Below are positions 26,249 to 36,286 of a stretch of DNA of 64,000 nt, piece by piece. How positions within the stretch are numbered: position 1 is the stretch's first letter; every line of letters starts with the position of its first letter. The stretch lies in assembly GCA_963764165.1 (NCBI GenBank), contig CAVXRD010000001.1, forward strand, positions 1,088,001 through 1,152,000. The letters are read 5' to 3'. This DNA comes from an uncultured Verrucomicrobiae bacterium (GTDB taxonomy: Bacteria > Verrucomicrobiota > Verrucomicrobiia > Limisphaerales > Palsa-1400). Below the pieces are notes generated by a model, which ran no database searches, had not been told where the DNA came from, and saw only the letters and a list, made by a program, of their open reading frames with translations. The position numbers were made by a program, and so were the translations under genes.

Positions 26249-26698
26249 TCACTTCTTCTCGCTGTCTTCCTCTTTCACTTTCGCATCCGCGCGCAGCTTT
26301 GCGAGCTTGGCGGTGTCGCCGAACCACACCACCGCGCCGCAGCGCGCGCACATGCGGGCCTTGGTGGCAATGGAACTGTCCTTGAGCGTCCAGAATTTCG
26401 TTTTTGCAGGGGAGAAATAATTCAATCCCGTGCTCCGCACCGTTCCCTCGATCAAATCGTCGTGGCGGCAAACCGGGCAGATCTCGCGGGCCTTGTCCAC
26501 ATCGCGATCACTGTGATAAATCTGCATCACAGCATCAAGGTCCTCCTGCCAGAAGCGCGTCGAGTCCCCAACTTTGCGATAGGTGATTTTCCCCTCGCGC
26601 ATCCAGCGGTAGAGCGTCGGCTCGCCGACGTCGAGGATTTCCGCGGCCTCGCGGATGGAGAACCATTTCATTTTCGCGGGCGATTCAGTCGATTCCAT
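26249..26698 (-). CDS. Xis/BldC-like HTH fused to a Cys4 zinc ribbon
   Basis: FSIREAAEILDV...TLYRWMREGKI, followed by CPVC...CARCG. Confidence 0.82.
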   Translation of the reverse strand: MESTESPAKMKWFSIREAAEILDVGEPTLYRWMREGKITYRKVGDSTRFWQEDLDAVMQIYHSDRDVDKAREICPVCRHDDLIEGTVRSTGLNYFSPAKTKFWTLKDSSIATKARMCARCGAVVWFGDTAKLAKLRADAKVKEEDSEKK

Positions 26699-26738
26699 AA
26701 TGATCCATTTTACGCGCCATCTCGCAACGCGCAAGGAG

Positions 26739-26766
26739 AAATGATATTAAATGATAGCAAATGATA
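26739..26766. promoter_or_regulatory. Three AAATGATA direct repeats with exact 10-bp period, candidate operator
   Basis: Units at 26739, 26749 and 26759, just upstream of a minus-strand TTGCGC-N16-TAAAAT promoter candidate. Confidence 0.6.
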
Positions 26767-26770
26767 TTTT

Positions 26771-29371
26771 CTATTTCGCGTCCAGGGGAATGACATCGCG
26801 GCCATGCGAGGCCACATTGACCACGCGCTTTCCATCAATAAGGATTTGATAAGCCACGCCGTCGCGACCGTCAATCTCCGCTTTGCCATCACGAATGGCG
26901 ACCGGAAACGGCGCCGTAACGCCGCGCCCTCCCCCCGCCGCCACCGCCAGCGAATCCAGCTTTCCTTCCAATGCGAAACGAAGGCTGACCAGCGCCGACG
27001 GATTAATGGCCGGCTCGTTGCGCTGCTGGCTGCCCAGATTGAACGAATCCGGCAGGCATCCGGCAAACGGGCCGGAAGGATATTGCTCCTGCTCGGCTGT
27101 CAATAGAATTCCTGTCGCAATTTTTGGCCAGTCGGCGCTCTTGTCATAAGGCGCGAGCATCGTCAAGGCATAGGCGTAAACATACCCGCACCATTGAACG
27201 GGCAGGCCCATCCAATTGGGCGCGCGCCAGCCCGTGGCCCCGAAGACGGCGATGGTCGCGTAAGGCATCACCGGTTGATTTCCCCATTGGTAAACGAACG
27301 GCAATCCGCTGATGGCCCAGCCGCGGGCGCGTTCGAGATATTCCGGTTTTCCAGTCAACTGGTAGCCGCGAACATAAGCGTGGACGAGGTGCGCTGAGGC
27401 CATGATGTCGGGTGTGTGCAGCGGAACTTCCCATGTCTGCGCCCCGCGCGGGTCGCGGAAATGTTTCATGTACTCCAGGGCTTTGATCCCGGCCTTCAGG
27501 GCTTCGGTGTCGCCGGTCAGCCGCGCGTGATCAAGCAATTCCGCGGCTTGCAATGCGCAGAATCCGCTCGCGGTGTCCTCGTAATGGCCTCGGGCCAGCT
27601 TCCCCTCGTAGCGAAATGATCCGTCCGGTTTCTGATTCGCGATAATGGATTTTGCGTGGGCCGTTCGCATCTCCAGCCATTCCTGGGCGCGCCCGGTCAC
27701 GAAATAAATCGAATCGTTCACGATGTGCCCGCCGCCTGGAACAATGTTCGGAAGCGAAGGCGCTTGGCCGCTCAGCCGCCACAGCGTCGAAGCTTCGTCC
27801 GCAAAGGGCGCGCGTCCCCATGAAGGCTCTATGCAATGGCCCCAGCCCGCCTCGGTTCGGAGCGGCGGCCCGTTCAACGTTGTCAAACACAGCGCCAATT
27901 CCTCATCGCGCGTGCGGGGAGTCGCCGGCAGCGGCGGCAAATCGTGCTGGCGGAATGCCCAAAGAATCGTGTTCTCGATTGGCCCGGGCGGGCGCACAAG
28001 TATTCTGCAATCAATGCGTTTGCCGCGAAGCGATGCGCGGCTGGCATCCGGCCCGTCCAAAAAATTCGGCGTGGCGTAGACCGGCTGCAATGTCATGTCG
28101 TCCCAAGTCATCGCGGTCGAGGCGCGGTCCGTGACGAAGGACATCAGCGGCATGGTGACCTTCATGGGATCGGGGGCGTAGCGGACGTGCTCGTCCGTCT
28201 CAATATCAAGCGTGGAGGAAGAGTGCTCTCCCGGCCCGAGATATTCCAACCCGGCGAAAATGCCCTGGTCGAGCGGGCCCAAAGCGCGGAGCACCGGCCC
28301 TTCGCAAGGCAGGGAGCTCTCGATTGTCACATAAATTTGATTATTGGCGGCGCTCAAGCGAAGCATAATCCCCTCGCCGTTCCATTGAAGGCCGCCCTTT
28401 CTTGAGGCGATGTCCATCTTGGGAGACCAGCCGTCAACGCTCACCAGCGGCGCCAGCAACGCCACCAATTTGCCGTCCAATTCAATGCGCGCTCCCGAGC
28501 CATCTTGCGCCGCGCGCACGCGAAGTTTGCCCGCCTCCACCGTCGACCAGGAAACTTTCGCGTTCGTATTAACAATTTCAATGGAGCGATGAATGTCCGG
28601 CGTCCCCTGGCTCCTCACAACGACGTCGCGCAGCAGGAACGGCGACGCAGCCGCGCTGTTTTCGGTTAATTCAGTGGTGCTGCCGGGATCGAGTTTGTAG
28701 GGAAAGCCATCCAGAGTCATCAGAACCCGCTCGATTGAATGGTTGGCAACCCGGGCGGTGATCTGCGTGCCATCCGTCCGAACGGACACAATTTCCAGCG
28801 GATGCAGCGTTTGTTTGACGACGTGAATTGAAGCCACGTCCACCACTCCTGCCGCTTCGAGGGGATCGAGCCGCAGTTGTTGAATTCGTTCCGAAGTGTT
28901 CAGTGGGACGGTGTAATCATGCCATTGGCCATCGTGGATCAAGTGAAAATGCTGGCTGCGCCCCTCATCGAAACCGGGCGCGTCAACGGGCGACCAAAAA
29001 ATCTGAGCGCTGCCGCCTGCCGCGCAACGCATCCGAATTTGCACCACCACCGGCCCGCTGGCGCGCATGGACGGACCGAATAAATACGGATCATTTCCGC
29101 CGCATTCGATCCGCAATGCGCCATCGGCCACCGCCGCCGTGCAATCGTGCATCGGCGTCCAATCTGTCAATCCATGGGCTACATCCCATCCCAGCAATTG
29201 TTCGGTGCGAATCACGGGGCGCGGAAATGGATTCAGCACCTCGTCGGCAAAGGCAGGTTGTAGAATAAATTGCCAAATGAAAAACAGCGGGCACCAGCGA
29301 CGAATGAAATGTGTTTTCACGGTAGTCTTCACTCTATCACCGCAGATTTCGCCGTAAATCTTTGTTTCCAA
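26771..29371 (-). CDS. Secreted multidomain protein, possibly carbohydrate-active (CBM-like N-terminus, alpha/alpha-barrel-like C-terminus)
   Basis: Signal-peptide-like segment ending AFA-D; DGQWHDY...LRLDP module; helical C-terminal region. True start uncertain. Confidence 0.6.
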   Translation of the reverse strand: METKIYGEICGDRVKTTVKTHFIRRWCPLFFIWQFILQPAFADEVLNPFPRPVIRTEQLLGWDVAHGLTDWTPMHDCTAAVADGALRIECGGNDPYLFGPSMRASGPVVVQIRMRCAAGGSAQIFWSPVDAPGFDEGRSQHFHLIHDGQWHDYTVPLNTSERIQQLRLDPLEAAGVVDVASIHVVKQTLHPLEIVSVRTDGTQITARVANHSIERVLMTLDGFPYKLDPGSTTELTENSAAASPFLLRDVVVRSQGTPDIHRSIEIVNTNAKVSWSTVEAGKLRVRAAQDGSGARIELDGKLVALLAPLVSVDGWSPKMDIASRKGGLQWNGEGIMLRLSAANNQIYVTIESSLPCEGPVLRALGPLDQGIFAGLEYLGPGEHSSSTLDIETDEHVRYAPDPMKVTMPLMSFVTDRASTAMTWDDMTLQPVYATPNFLDGPDASRASLRGKRIDCRILVRPPGPIENTILWAFRQHDLPPLPATPRTRDEELALCLTTLNGPPLRTEAGWGHCIEPSWGRAPFADEASTLWRLSGQAPSLPNIVPGGGHIVNDSIYFVTGRAQEWLEMRTAHAKSIIANQKPDGSFRYEGKLARGHYEDTASGFCALQAAELLDHARLTGDTEALKAGIKALEYMKHFRDPRGAQTWEVPLHTPDIMASAHLVHAYVRGYQLTGKPEYLERARGWAISGLPFVYQWGNQPVMPYATIAVFGATGWRAPNWMGLPVQWCGYVYAYALTMLAPYDKSADWPKIATGILLTAEQEQYPSGPFAGCLPDSFNLGSQQRNEPAINPSALVSLRFALEGKLDSLAVAAGGGRGVTAPFPVAIRDGKAEIDGRDGVAYQILIDGKRVVNVASHGRDVIPLDAK

Positions 29372-29411
29372 GCGGCGCGCATTTGAGGGGTGATTACAAG
29401 TCGGAAAAAAA

Positions 29412-29508
29412 GGCAGGGACGCCTCGGCGAGGCGTCCGAGGCCGTGATGTTTTTCGAAGCGTTCGGACTTGCGAGTGTCTCCGGACGCCTCGGCGAGGCG
29501 TCCCTACC
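29412..29508. repeat. REPIN copy 2
   Basis: Units at 29412-29437 and 29483-29508; the second has a GTAG flank on the minus strand. Confidence 0.85.
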
Positions 29509-29578
29509 CCGCTTCGCGACCAAAAGCCCACCCGCTTTTTATGGCGCCTAGCTTTGGAGATTTGTGTTACAGTGTCGC

Positions 29579-30655
29579 ATGTTTTTGACCGGAATTGGAA
29601 CGGCCGCCCCCGCCGGGAAATTTACGCAGTTGGAATGTTGGGATGCCCTGCAAAGGGCGCCGCAATTTCCAAAATTGCATGGCCGCTCCCAGGCGCTGCT
29701 GCGAAAAGTGCTGTCGGGTGACAACGGCATTTCCACCCGGCACTTCGTCATGGATAACTTGGCGGATGTGTTCGATCTCACGCCGGACGCGCTGCACGCC
29801 CGCTTCAGCGAACACGCCCCGCGCCTCGCCACACAGGCGGCTGAACGGGCGCTGGCCGCCGCAAATATTCCACCCTCGCAAGTCGACGCCGTCATCATCA
29901 GCACATGCACCGGTTATCTTTGCCCCGGACTGACCAGCTACGTGACGGAAAGGCTTGGGTTGCGTCAGGACGTCCACGCGCTCGATCTCGTGGGGCAAGG
30001 TTGCGGCGCGGCCATGCCGAACTTGCGCACCGGCGAGGCGCTCATCGCTTCGGGACGGGCGGGGCATGTGCTGTCCGTGTGCGTCGAGATTTGCAGCGCG
30101 GCGTTTTATTTGGACGATGACCCGGGCGTGCTGGTCAGCGCGTGCCTGTTCGGCGATGGGGCGGCGGCGGCTGTGCTGTCGCGCGAAGCTTCGCCAAGGG
30201 TTCGGCGCGTCGAATGGAAAACGTGCGGCACTTTTGTCAGCACCAAGGACCGGGACACGCTGCGTTTCGAGCAGCGCCATGGCATGCTGCGCAATATGCT
30301 TGACCGCAAAGTCCCCGCCCTTGCGGCGATGCATGCGGAGAATGTTTTGAACGGCGTGCTGCAAAGCCATCCGCTGAATCGCGCGGAGATCACTGGCTGG
30401 ATTCTGCATGCGGGCGGGCGTGAAGTGCTCGCTTCGCTGCAGCGGCGCCTCCATCTGACAGATCACGACGTCCGCCCCAGCGCCGGGGTTTTGCTCGAAT
30501 ACGGGAATGTGAGCAGCCCGTTTGTTCTATTTGCGCTGGAACGCGCCCTGGCCGAAAATGCTCCAGGCGGCTGGTGGTGGATGTCCTCCTTCGGCGCCGG
30601 ATTCAGTTGTCACGGAGCCTTGTTGAAGACAGATGAAAATGATTCGTGTGGTTGA
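29579..30655 (+). CDS. Type III polyketide synthase (chalcone/stilbene synthase family)
   Basis: Cys-His-Asn triad in GQGC, ILHAGG and YGNVSS; LFGDGAAA; FGAGFS. Confidence 0.93.
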   Translation: MFLTGIGTAAPAGKFTQLECWDALQRAPQFPKLHGRSQALLRKVLSGDNGISTRHFVMDNLADVFDLTPDALHARFSEHAPRLATQAAERALAAANIPPSQVDAVIISTCTGYLCPGLTSYVTERLGLRQDVHALDLVGQGCGAAMPNLRTGEALIASGRAGHVLSVCVEICSAAFYLDDDPGVLVSACLFGDGAAAAVLSREASPRVRRVEWKTCGTFVSTKDRDTLRFEQRHGMLRNMLDRKVPALAAMHAENVLNGVLQSHPLNRAEITGWILHAGGREVLASLQRRLHLTDHDVRPSAGVLLEYGNVSSPFVLFALERALAENAPGGWWWMSSFGAGFSCHGALLKTDENDSCG

Positions 30656-31337
30656 GCCAGAATTGCTTGACAGTCTCCCGCCCACTGATCCGATGGCCAT
30701 CGGGTCGCGGGCGGATTTGCGCACTCTTAACACCCTCATGGGCAACGTCCGCTGGACGACGCGCGCCATTCGCGAGCATTGCGTTTTTTCGCCGCACCGT
30801 CCGCTGCGGCTGGTGGAATTGGGCGCGGGCGATGGCACGTTTATCCTGCGCGTGGCGCGGGGCATTGCCGCCCTTGGGCGACATGCGGAACTGACGCTGC
30901 TGGATCGCCAATGCTCCGTCAGCGGCCAGACTTTGCGCTCGCTCGCCGCCATGGGCTGGTCGACCGAAATGGTGACGGGCGACGCGTTGAAATGGCTGGA
31001 GGGATCCTCGGCGGGTGTTGACATTATTTGCGCCAATTTATTCCTCCACCATTTCCACCACCGGTTTCTGGGCCAGTTGCTGCAATTAGCCGCCGCCCGC
31101 ACCCATTTGTTCATTGCCCGCGAGCCGGAGCGGTCCGCCGTTGCGCTGACCGCCGCGCGGCGAATCGGGTTAATTGGCTGCAACGAAGTCACGAAACACG
31201 ACGCAGTCAAGAGCGTGTGCGCGGGATTTGCGGGGCGCGAGCTGAGCGCGCTTTGGCCGGCCAGCGGCGAATGGCTTGTCATCGAAAAAACGGCGGGGTT
31301 GTTCTCGCACACGTTCGTCGCGAAGCGGAATGGGTGA
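30633..31337 (+). CDS. SAM-dependent methyltransferase
   Basis: EPELLD, VELGAGDG motif I, NLFLHHF, HDAVKSV. Confidence 0.88.
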   Translation: MKMIRVVEPELLDSLPPTDPMAIGSRADLRTLNTLMGNVRWTTRAIREHCVFSPHRPLRLVELGAGDGTFILRVARGIAALGRHAELTLLDRQCSVSGQTLRSLAAMGWSTEMVTGDALKWLEGSSAGVDIICANLFLHHFHHRFLGQLLQLAAARTHLFIAREPERSAVALTAARRIGLIGCNEVTKHDAVKSVCAGFAGRELSALWPASGEWLVIEKTAGLFSHTFVAKRNG

Positions 31338-32364
31338 CACGATCACCATTGTCGGAGGAGGGCTGGCGGGGCTCACGCTCGGCATCGGGCTTCGGCAGCG
31401 CGGAGTCCGCGTGGCTGTCATTGAGGCCGGCGATTATCCGCGCCATCGTGTTTGCGGTGAATTCATCAGCGGGCTCGGGCAAGGTTCATTGAAGCGGCTT
31501 GGACTGCTGGACGAATTGAAGGAAATCGGGATGCGCCAGGCCGCCACCGCCGCATTCTACGACGGCCCCGACGCTATCGCAAAGCGCCCCCTGCCGGAAC
31601 CAGCGCTCTGCGTTTCCCGGTTTATGCTTGACGCATGGCTGGCCCGCAAGTTTGTCAAGTTAGGCGGAGAATTGTGCCGCGGCCAGCGCTGGACCCGCCA
31701 GTGCGTCGACGGCGTCGTCAGGGCCACCGGGCGGCGCGTGGAAGCGCGGGTGGACGGATGGCGGCTTTTCGGCCTGAAGGCCTATGCGGGGAACGTCGCG
31801 CTGGAGGCCGATCTTGAATTGCATTTTGTTCGTTCCGGTTATGTGGGCATTTGCCAGTTGCCCGACGGCCTCGTCAACGTGTGCGGACTTTTCCGGTCCC
31901 GCGTCGCTGTTCCCGACCTCGCGAAACATTGGCGGGACTGGCTGCGCGGGCGTTCCGATTCCATATTGCATGCCCGCCTCGCGAACGCCCAATGGGTCGA
32001 GGATTCTTTCTGTTCGGTGGCGGGCATCAGTCTTAAACCGCAGCACGCGATCCGTCAGGACGAATGCTGCCTCGGCGACGCGCTGACTATGATTCCGCCC
32101 GTCACCGGCAACGGAATGTCGATGGCCTTTGAAGCCGCGGAACTGGCCATCGAGCCGCTTCTCAAATACAGCCGCGGCAGCCTGCCATGGAGCGAAACAC
32201 AGAGCGCCATCGCCGCGCTTTGCGACGAGCTTTTCGGGCAGCGGCTCCTTTGGGCCGCGCGCCTGCAGAGCTCGCTTTTCAATCCCCTGTCCCGCGAGAT
32301 CAGCATATTCATGGCTAAGCGGTCCGAAAAGTTTTGGAGAAAAATATTCGAGCGGACACGATAG
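31330..32364 (+). CDS. FAD-dependent oxidoreductase/monooxygenase
   Basis: IVGGGLAG, RVCGEFIS, ATGR, GDA..IPPVTGNGMSMA. Confidence 0.9.
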   Translation: MGDTITIVGGGLAGLTLGIGLRQRGVRVAVIEAGDYPRHRVCGEFISGLGQGSLKRLGLLDELKEIGMRQAATAAFYDGPDAIAKRPLPEPALCVSRFMLDAWLARKFVKLGGELCRGQRWTRQCVDGVVRATGRRVEARVDGWRLFGLKAYAGNVALEADLELHFVRSGYVGICQLPDGLVNVCGLFRSRVAVPDLAKHWRDWLRGRSDSILHARLANAQWVEDSFCSVAGISLKPQHAIRQDECCLGDALTMIPPVTGNGMSMAFEAAELAIEPLLKYSRGSLPWSETQSAIAALCDELFGQRLLWAARLQSSLFNPLSREISIFMAKRSEKFWRKIFERTR

Positions 32365-32395
32365 CATGAGGAATGCCGTAATCCGCGCGAATCGC

Positions 32396-33214
32396 CTACG
32401 GTGTTTTGCTGTTGATCAACTTTGGGGGAGCCACGGTGGCTGAGTCAGTGGAAGGCGGAACCATTCGAAGGCGCGCCAGGTTGTTGACAGGCAGAATTTC
32501 CGGGCGCCTGGCCGAGATATTGTAAAGAATGAGGTAGCGGGTCGTCGTGCCCAAAAGCGCGTATTCGCCGGAAGCTGTTTTCGCCGCCGCGCCGGCTTCC
32601 GAGTTTAGCTCAACCTGAACGAGGCGGCCGTTGCCATTGCGAATGCTTGCCGCATTGTGCTGGGCGTAGATCGCGCAAAACGTGAAAAAGTAGCCGACCA
32701 GGATGAGAACATAACTGGCGCTCTCGAAAAACGGCCACCACTTCCGCGTTCGCAGCCAACCGTGGAACCGGCGGTATTTTTCCGAGCGCTTCAAGCGTCG
32801 AGCGTGGCTGCGGCTGACGCGCTGCAGGGTCAGGAGCGAGAGCAGCGTAAAAAGCAAAAGAATCGGCTGGCGCACCGCGACAAGAAGAAAATCGCTCGGA
32901 TCCGCAAAATCGAAAATCTGCAAATCAAATTCCTGGAAAAACAGGAATTCGTAAACCATGCCGACCGCAGTCAAAAACAAATAGCCAATCGTGAGCCCCA
33001 GCCCAGGATACTGCCGGAGCCATTCTTGCCCCCGCCGAAAAGCCACCACATAGAGTGGAATTTCAACCGTCTCCACCGCGCCCGCAGCAAGAATGGGCGA
33101 ATTTCCCTCTGCTGTGTCGATCTGGCTTTGCACGGCCACACCGAATGTTATACGAGCCAGTTTCCGGCGGCAAGGTTGAAGGCTGCACGGGAAACCGCAT
33201 AAAAAAAGATCCAA
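32396..33214 (-). CDS. Hypothetical membrane protein
   Basis: Three hydrophobic segments. True start probably downstream of the ORF start. Confidence 0.6.
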   Translation of the reverse strand: MDLFLCGFPCSLQPCRRKLARITFGVAVQSQIDTAEGNSPILAAGAVETVEIPLYVVAFRRGQEWLRQYPGLGLTIGYLFLTAVGMVYEFLFFQEFDLQIFDFADPSDFLLVAVRQPILLLFTLLSLLTLQRVSRSHARRLKRSEKYRRFHGWLRTRKWWPFFESASYVLILVGYFFTFCAIYAQHNAASIRNGNGRLVQVELNSEAGAAAKTASGEYALLGTTTRYLILYNISARRPEILPVNNLARLRMVPPSTDSATVAPPKLINSKTP

Positions 33215-33509
33215 GCATGTTACTTATAGTCAACAATTTATAATATATCTTTTAAGACATTCTTCTTGTGCTCGATTTCAGATTCAATAGAATCCTCTTC
33301 AATCGTTCGAGCTTTTAGTGCAGCTCCGCACGGCCCGAAATGGCGGCTAAATCCAGTGGGATGAAACGAACAACCGAACGAAAGCAGTGCCCAGGCAGCG
33401 GTTTTGGCGAGAATTTCTCGAAGTCCAAAATCGGCGGGGAACCTTTTGTTCGCTTTCAACCGTGCCTTTCCCGCCTCTTTGGCCATGCTTCCATGATTGC
33501 CAACGGACT

Positions 33510-35837
33510 ATGACTTTGCCGTCCCCAAATCAATCGTTGCCATGCCTTGACGACAATTATCAACTGCTGGTGGAGAGCCAGCAGCGATTGGCCTTTCTCG
33601 TGGAGTCTTCGAACGACGCCATTATTGGCAAGGATCTGAACAGCATCATTACGACCTGGAACAAAGGGGCTGAGAAGATTTTCGGGTACACTGCCAGTGA
33701 AATGCTCGGAACCAGCATTACGCGGCTAATTCCGCCCGAGCGCCTGGAAGAGGAAACGCTGATACTTTCAAAAATCAGAAGCGGCGAGAGCGTGGAGCAC
33801 TTTGAGACGGTTCGCCGAACCAAGAGCGGCAGGCTGATCAGCGTCTCGGTGACGGCTTCCCCAATCAAAGATGCGCAGGGAAAGGTTGTCGGGGCGTCCA
33901 AAGTGGCGCGCGATATAACCGAGCAGAAAGAGGCGCGCGAATCTTTGCGCCGCCAGGCGGCGCTATTTGATCAAATGTATGACGCCGCCATCGTGTGGGA
34001 ATGGGAGGGGCCGATCACCTTTTGGAACCGCGGGGCGGAACAACTCTACGGATTCGCCCGCGAGGCGGCTATTGGCCAGGTGAGCCATAAGCTTTTGCAA
34101 ACAACGCTTCCGGGCGGAGTTGATTCTTTCGTCAAGGCGCTCCATAGCAGCGGCCATTGGGAAGGTGAGTTAAATCACATCACGCACAATGGCCGCCACA
34201 TCACCGTGGAAAGCCGCATGATTTTGGTGCGGGAATCCGGTCGCTCGTGTGTGCTGGAGGCCAACCGGGATGTCACCGAGCGCAAAAAGGCAGAGGAAGA
34301 AGCTGCAAGCGCGCTCCGCAAACTGGCCGAGATTAAAGCCGCCCTCGACGAGCACGCGATCGTCGCCATCACGGATGAGAAAGGCAAAATCTCGTATGTG
34401 AATGACAAATTCTGCGCGATCTCAAAATATTCCCGCGAAGAATTGCTTGGACAGGATCATCGGATCATCAATTCCGGCCACCACTCCAAACAATTTATCC
34501 GTGGCCTCTGGGAGACAATTCGGAACGGCCGAGTTTGGAAAGGCGAAATCAAGAACAAGGCCAAGGACGGCACTTTTTACTGGGTGGACACCACCATCGT
34601 GCCTTATCTCGGCGAAGACGGAAAGCCGCAGCAATACATCGCCATTCGAGCCGATATTACAGGCCGCAAGCAAGCGGATGAGAAGACCGCCGAGGCGCTC
34701 CGCGAACTCAATGACGTGCGCTCCGCTCTCGATGAACACGCCATCGTGGCGATCACAAATCCCGCCGGAAGAATCATTTACGTCAACGATAAGTTCTGCG
34801 CGATTTCGAAGTATTCCCGGGATGAATTGATTGGCCAGGATCATCGCATCATCAATTCGGGATTTCACCCCAAGCCATTCATACGCGGCTTGTGGAAAAC
34901 GATCGGGTCGGGCCGCGTCTGGAAAGGCGAAATCAAGAATAGAGCAAAGGACGGCACATTTTACTGGGTGGCCACGACTATCGTCCCGTACCTCGGCACG
35001 GACGGCAAGCCGGTTCAATACATTGCTATTCGCGCCGACATCACGGAACGGAAACAAGCTGAGGAGGCGCTGCAAAAAGCGCAAAACGAATTGCGGGAGC
35101 ATGCCTCGAATCTCGAGGCCGCGGTCGCGGAACGCACGGCGCAACTGGTCGCGGCCAACAAGGAACTGGAGGCATTTTCCTATTCTGTGTCGCATGATTT
35201 GCGCGCGCCGCTGCGCGCCATCGATGGCTTTTCGAAGGCGGTGCTGGAAGATTACGGTTCGGTTGTGCCCGAAGAATGCCGCCACGATCTGCAAACCGTT
35301 CGCAGGTCGACCCAAAGAATGGGGCGATTGATTGACGATCTGCTTTCCTTCTCCAGAACAGGCCGCGCAGCCTTGAAAAAAACCACCATAAAAACGGCGG
35401 CCCTGGTGGCTGGCGTCCTCAAAGACCAAAAGGCATTCAACAAGGGCCGAAAAATCGAATTCAAAATCCAGGATTTGCCGGAATGCCTCGGAGACAGGGC
35501 ATTGCTGGAGCAAGTCTGGGTTAATTTAGTATCAAACGCGCTAAAGTATTCTGCCAAAAGGGACGTTTCAATCATCGAGATCGGCTTCACCCAGCATTCT
35601 GGAAGAAACGCCTTTTGCGTGCGCGACAATGGAGTTGGTTTTGACATGGCATATGCGCACAAATTATTTGGGGTGTTTCAACGCCTGCACCGCGCCGAGG
35701 ATTACGAGGGGACAGGCGTCGGGCTGGCCATCGTCCACCGCATCATTCATCGCCACGGTGGCACTATTTGGGCCGAATCGGCGGAAGATCGCGGAGCCGC
35801 GTTTTATTTCACATTAGGAGAAACTTGCAAAGCATGA
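33510..35837 (+). CDS. Multi-PAS sensor histidine kinase (4 PAS domains)
   Basis: PAS/PAC repeats; H-box FSYSVSHDLRAPL; N, G1, F and G2 boxes. Confidence 0.93.
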   Translation: MTLPSPNQSLPCLDDNYQLLVESQQRLAFLVESSNDAIIGKDLNSIITTWNKGAEKIFGYTASEMLGTSITRLIPPERLEEETLILSKIRSGESVEHFETVRRTKSGRLISVSVTASPIKDAQGKVVGASKVARDITEQKEARESLRRQAALFDQMYDAAIVWEWEGPITFWNRGAEQLYGFAREAAIGQVSHKLLQTTLPGGVDSFVKALHSSGHWEGELNHITHNGRHITVESRMILVRESGRSCVLEANRDVTERKKAEEEAASALRKLAEIKAALDEHAIVAITDEKGKISYVNDKFCAISKYSREELLGQDHRIINSGHHSKQFIRGLWETIRNGRVWKGEIKNKAKDGTFYWVDTTIVPYLGEDGKPQQYIAIRADITGRKQADEKTAEALRELNDVRSALDEHAIVAITNPAGRIIYVNDKFCAISKYSRDELIGQDHRIINSGFHPKPFIRGLWKTIGSGRVWKGEIKNRAKDGTFYWVATTIVPYLGTDGKPVQYIAIRADITERKQAEEALQKAQNELREHASNLEAAVAERTAQLVAANKELEAFSYSVSHDLRAPLRAIDGFSKAVLEDYGSVVPEECRHDLQTVRRSTQRMGRLIDDLLSFSRTGRAALKKTTIKTAALVAGVLKDQKAFNKGRKIEFKIQDLPECLGDRALLEQVWVNLVSNALKYSAKRDVSIIEIGFTQHSGRNAFCVRDNGVGFDMAYAHKLFGVFQRLHRAEDYEGTGVGLAIVHRIIHRHGGTIWAESAEDRGAAFYFTLGETCKA
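34341..35044 (+). repeat. Internal tandem duplication of a PAS-PAC domain (384-bp period)
   Basis: ALDEHAIVAIT...YIAIRADIT occurs twice, starting at 34341 and 34725. Confidence 0.85.
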
Positions 35838-36283
35838 GCGCATCCACTGTCGTTGAGCTGCTGCTGGTGGAGGACGATCCTCAGGATCTCGCCATGACCC
35901 TGCGCGCGCTGAAAAAATCGAATCTCGCCAACCACATTCATGTGGCGCGGGATGGCGCGGAGGCGCTGCAATTTATTTTCTGCGAGGGGCCCCACGCCGC
36001 GCGGAGCATCGAAGCTCCGCCGAAACTGATCTTGCTGGATCTCAAGCTTCCCAAAGTCGATGGCAAGGAAGTTTTGGAGCGCATCAAATCCGACCCGCGC
36101 ACCAAGACAATTCCTGTTGTCATCCTCACATCGTCCAAGGAGCAGAGTGACATCCTCAAAACCTACGACCTCGGGGTTAACAGTTACATAGTGAAGCCCG
36201 TCGACAGCGAAGAATTTCTCGCGGTGGTCAGGGACTTGGGAATGTACTGGCTGCTGCACAACCAACCACCCGAACCCGCCTGA
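35834..36283 (+). CDS. Single-domain response regulator (Rcp1-like)
   Basis: LLVEDD, ILLDLKLP, ILTSS, NSYIVKPV. Confidence 0.92.
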   Translation: MSASTVVELLLVEDDPQDLAMTLRALKKSNLANHIHVARDGAEALQFIFCEGPHAARSIEAPPKLILLDLKLPKVDGKEVLERIKSDPRTKTIPVVILTSSKEQSDILKTYDLGVNSYIVKPVDSEEFLAVVRDLGMYWLLHNQPPEPA

Positions 36284-36286
36284 CGC

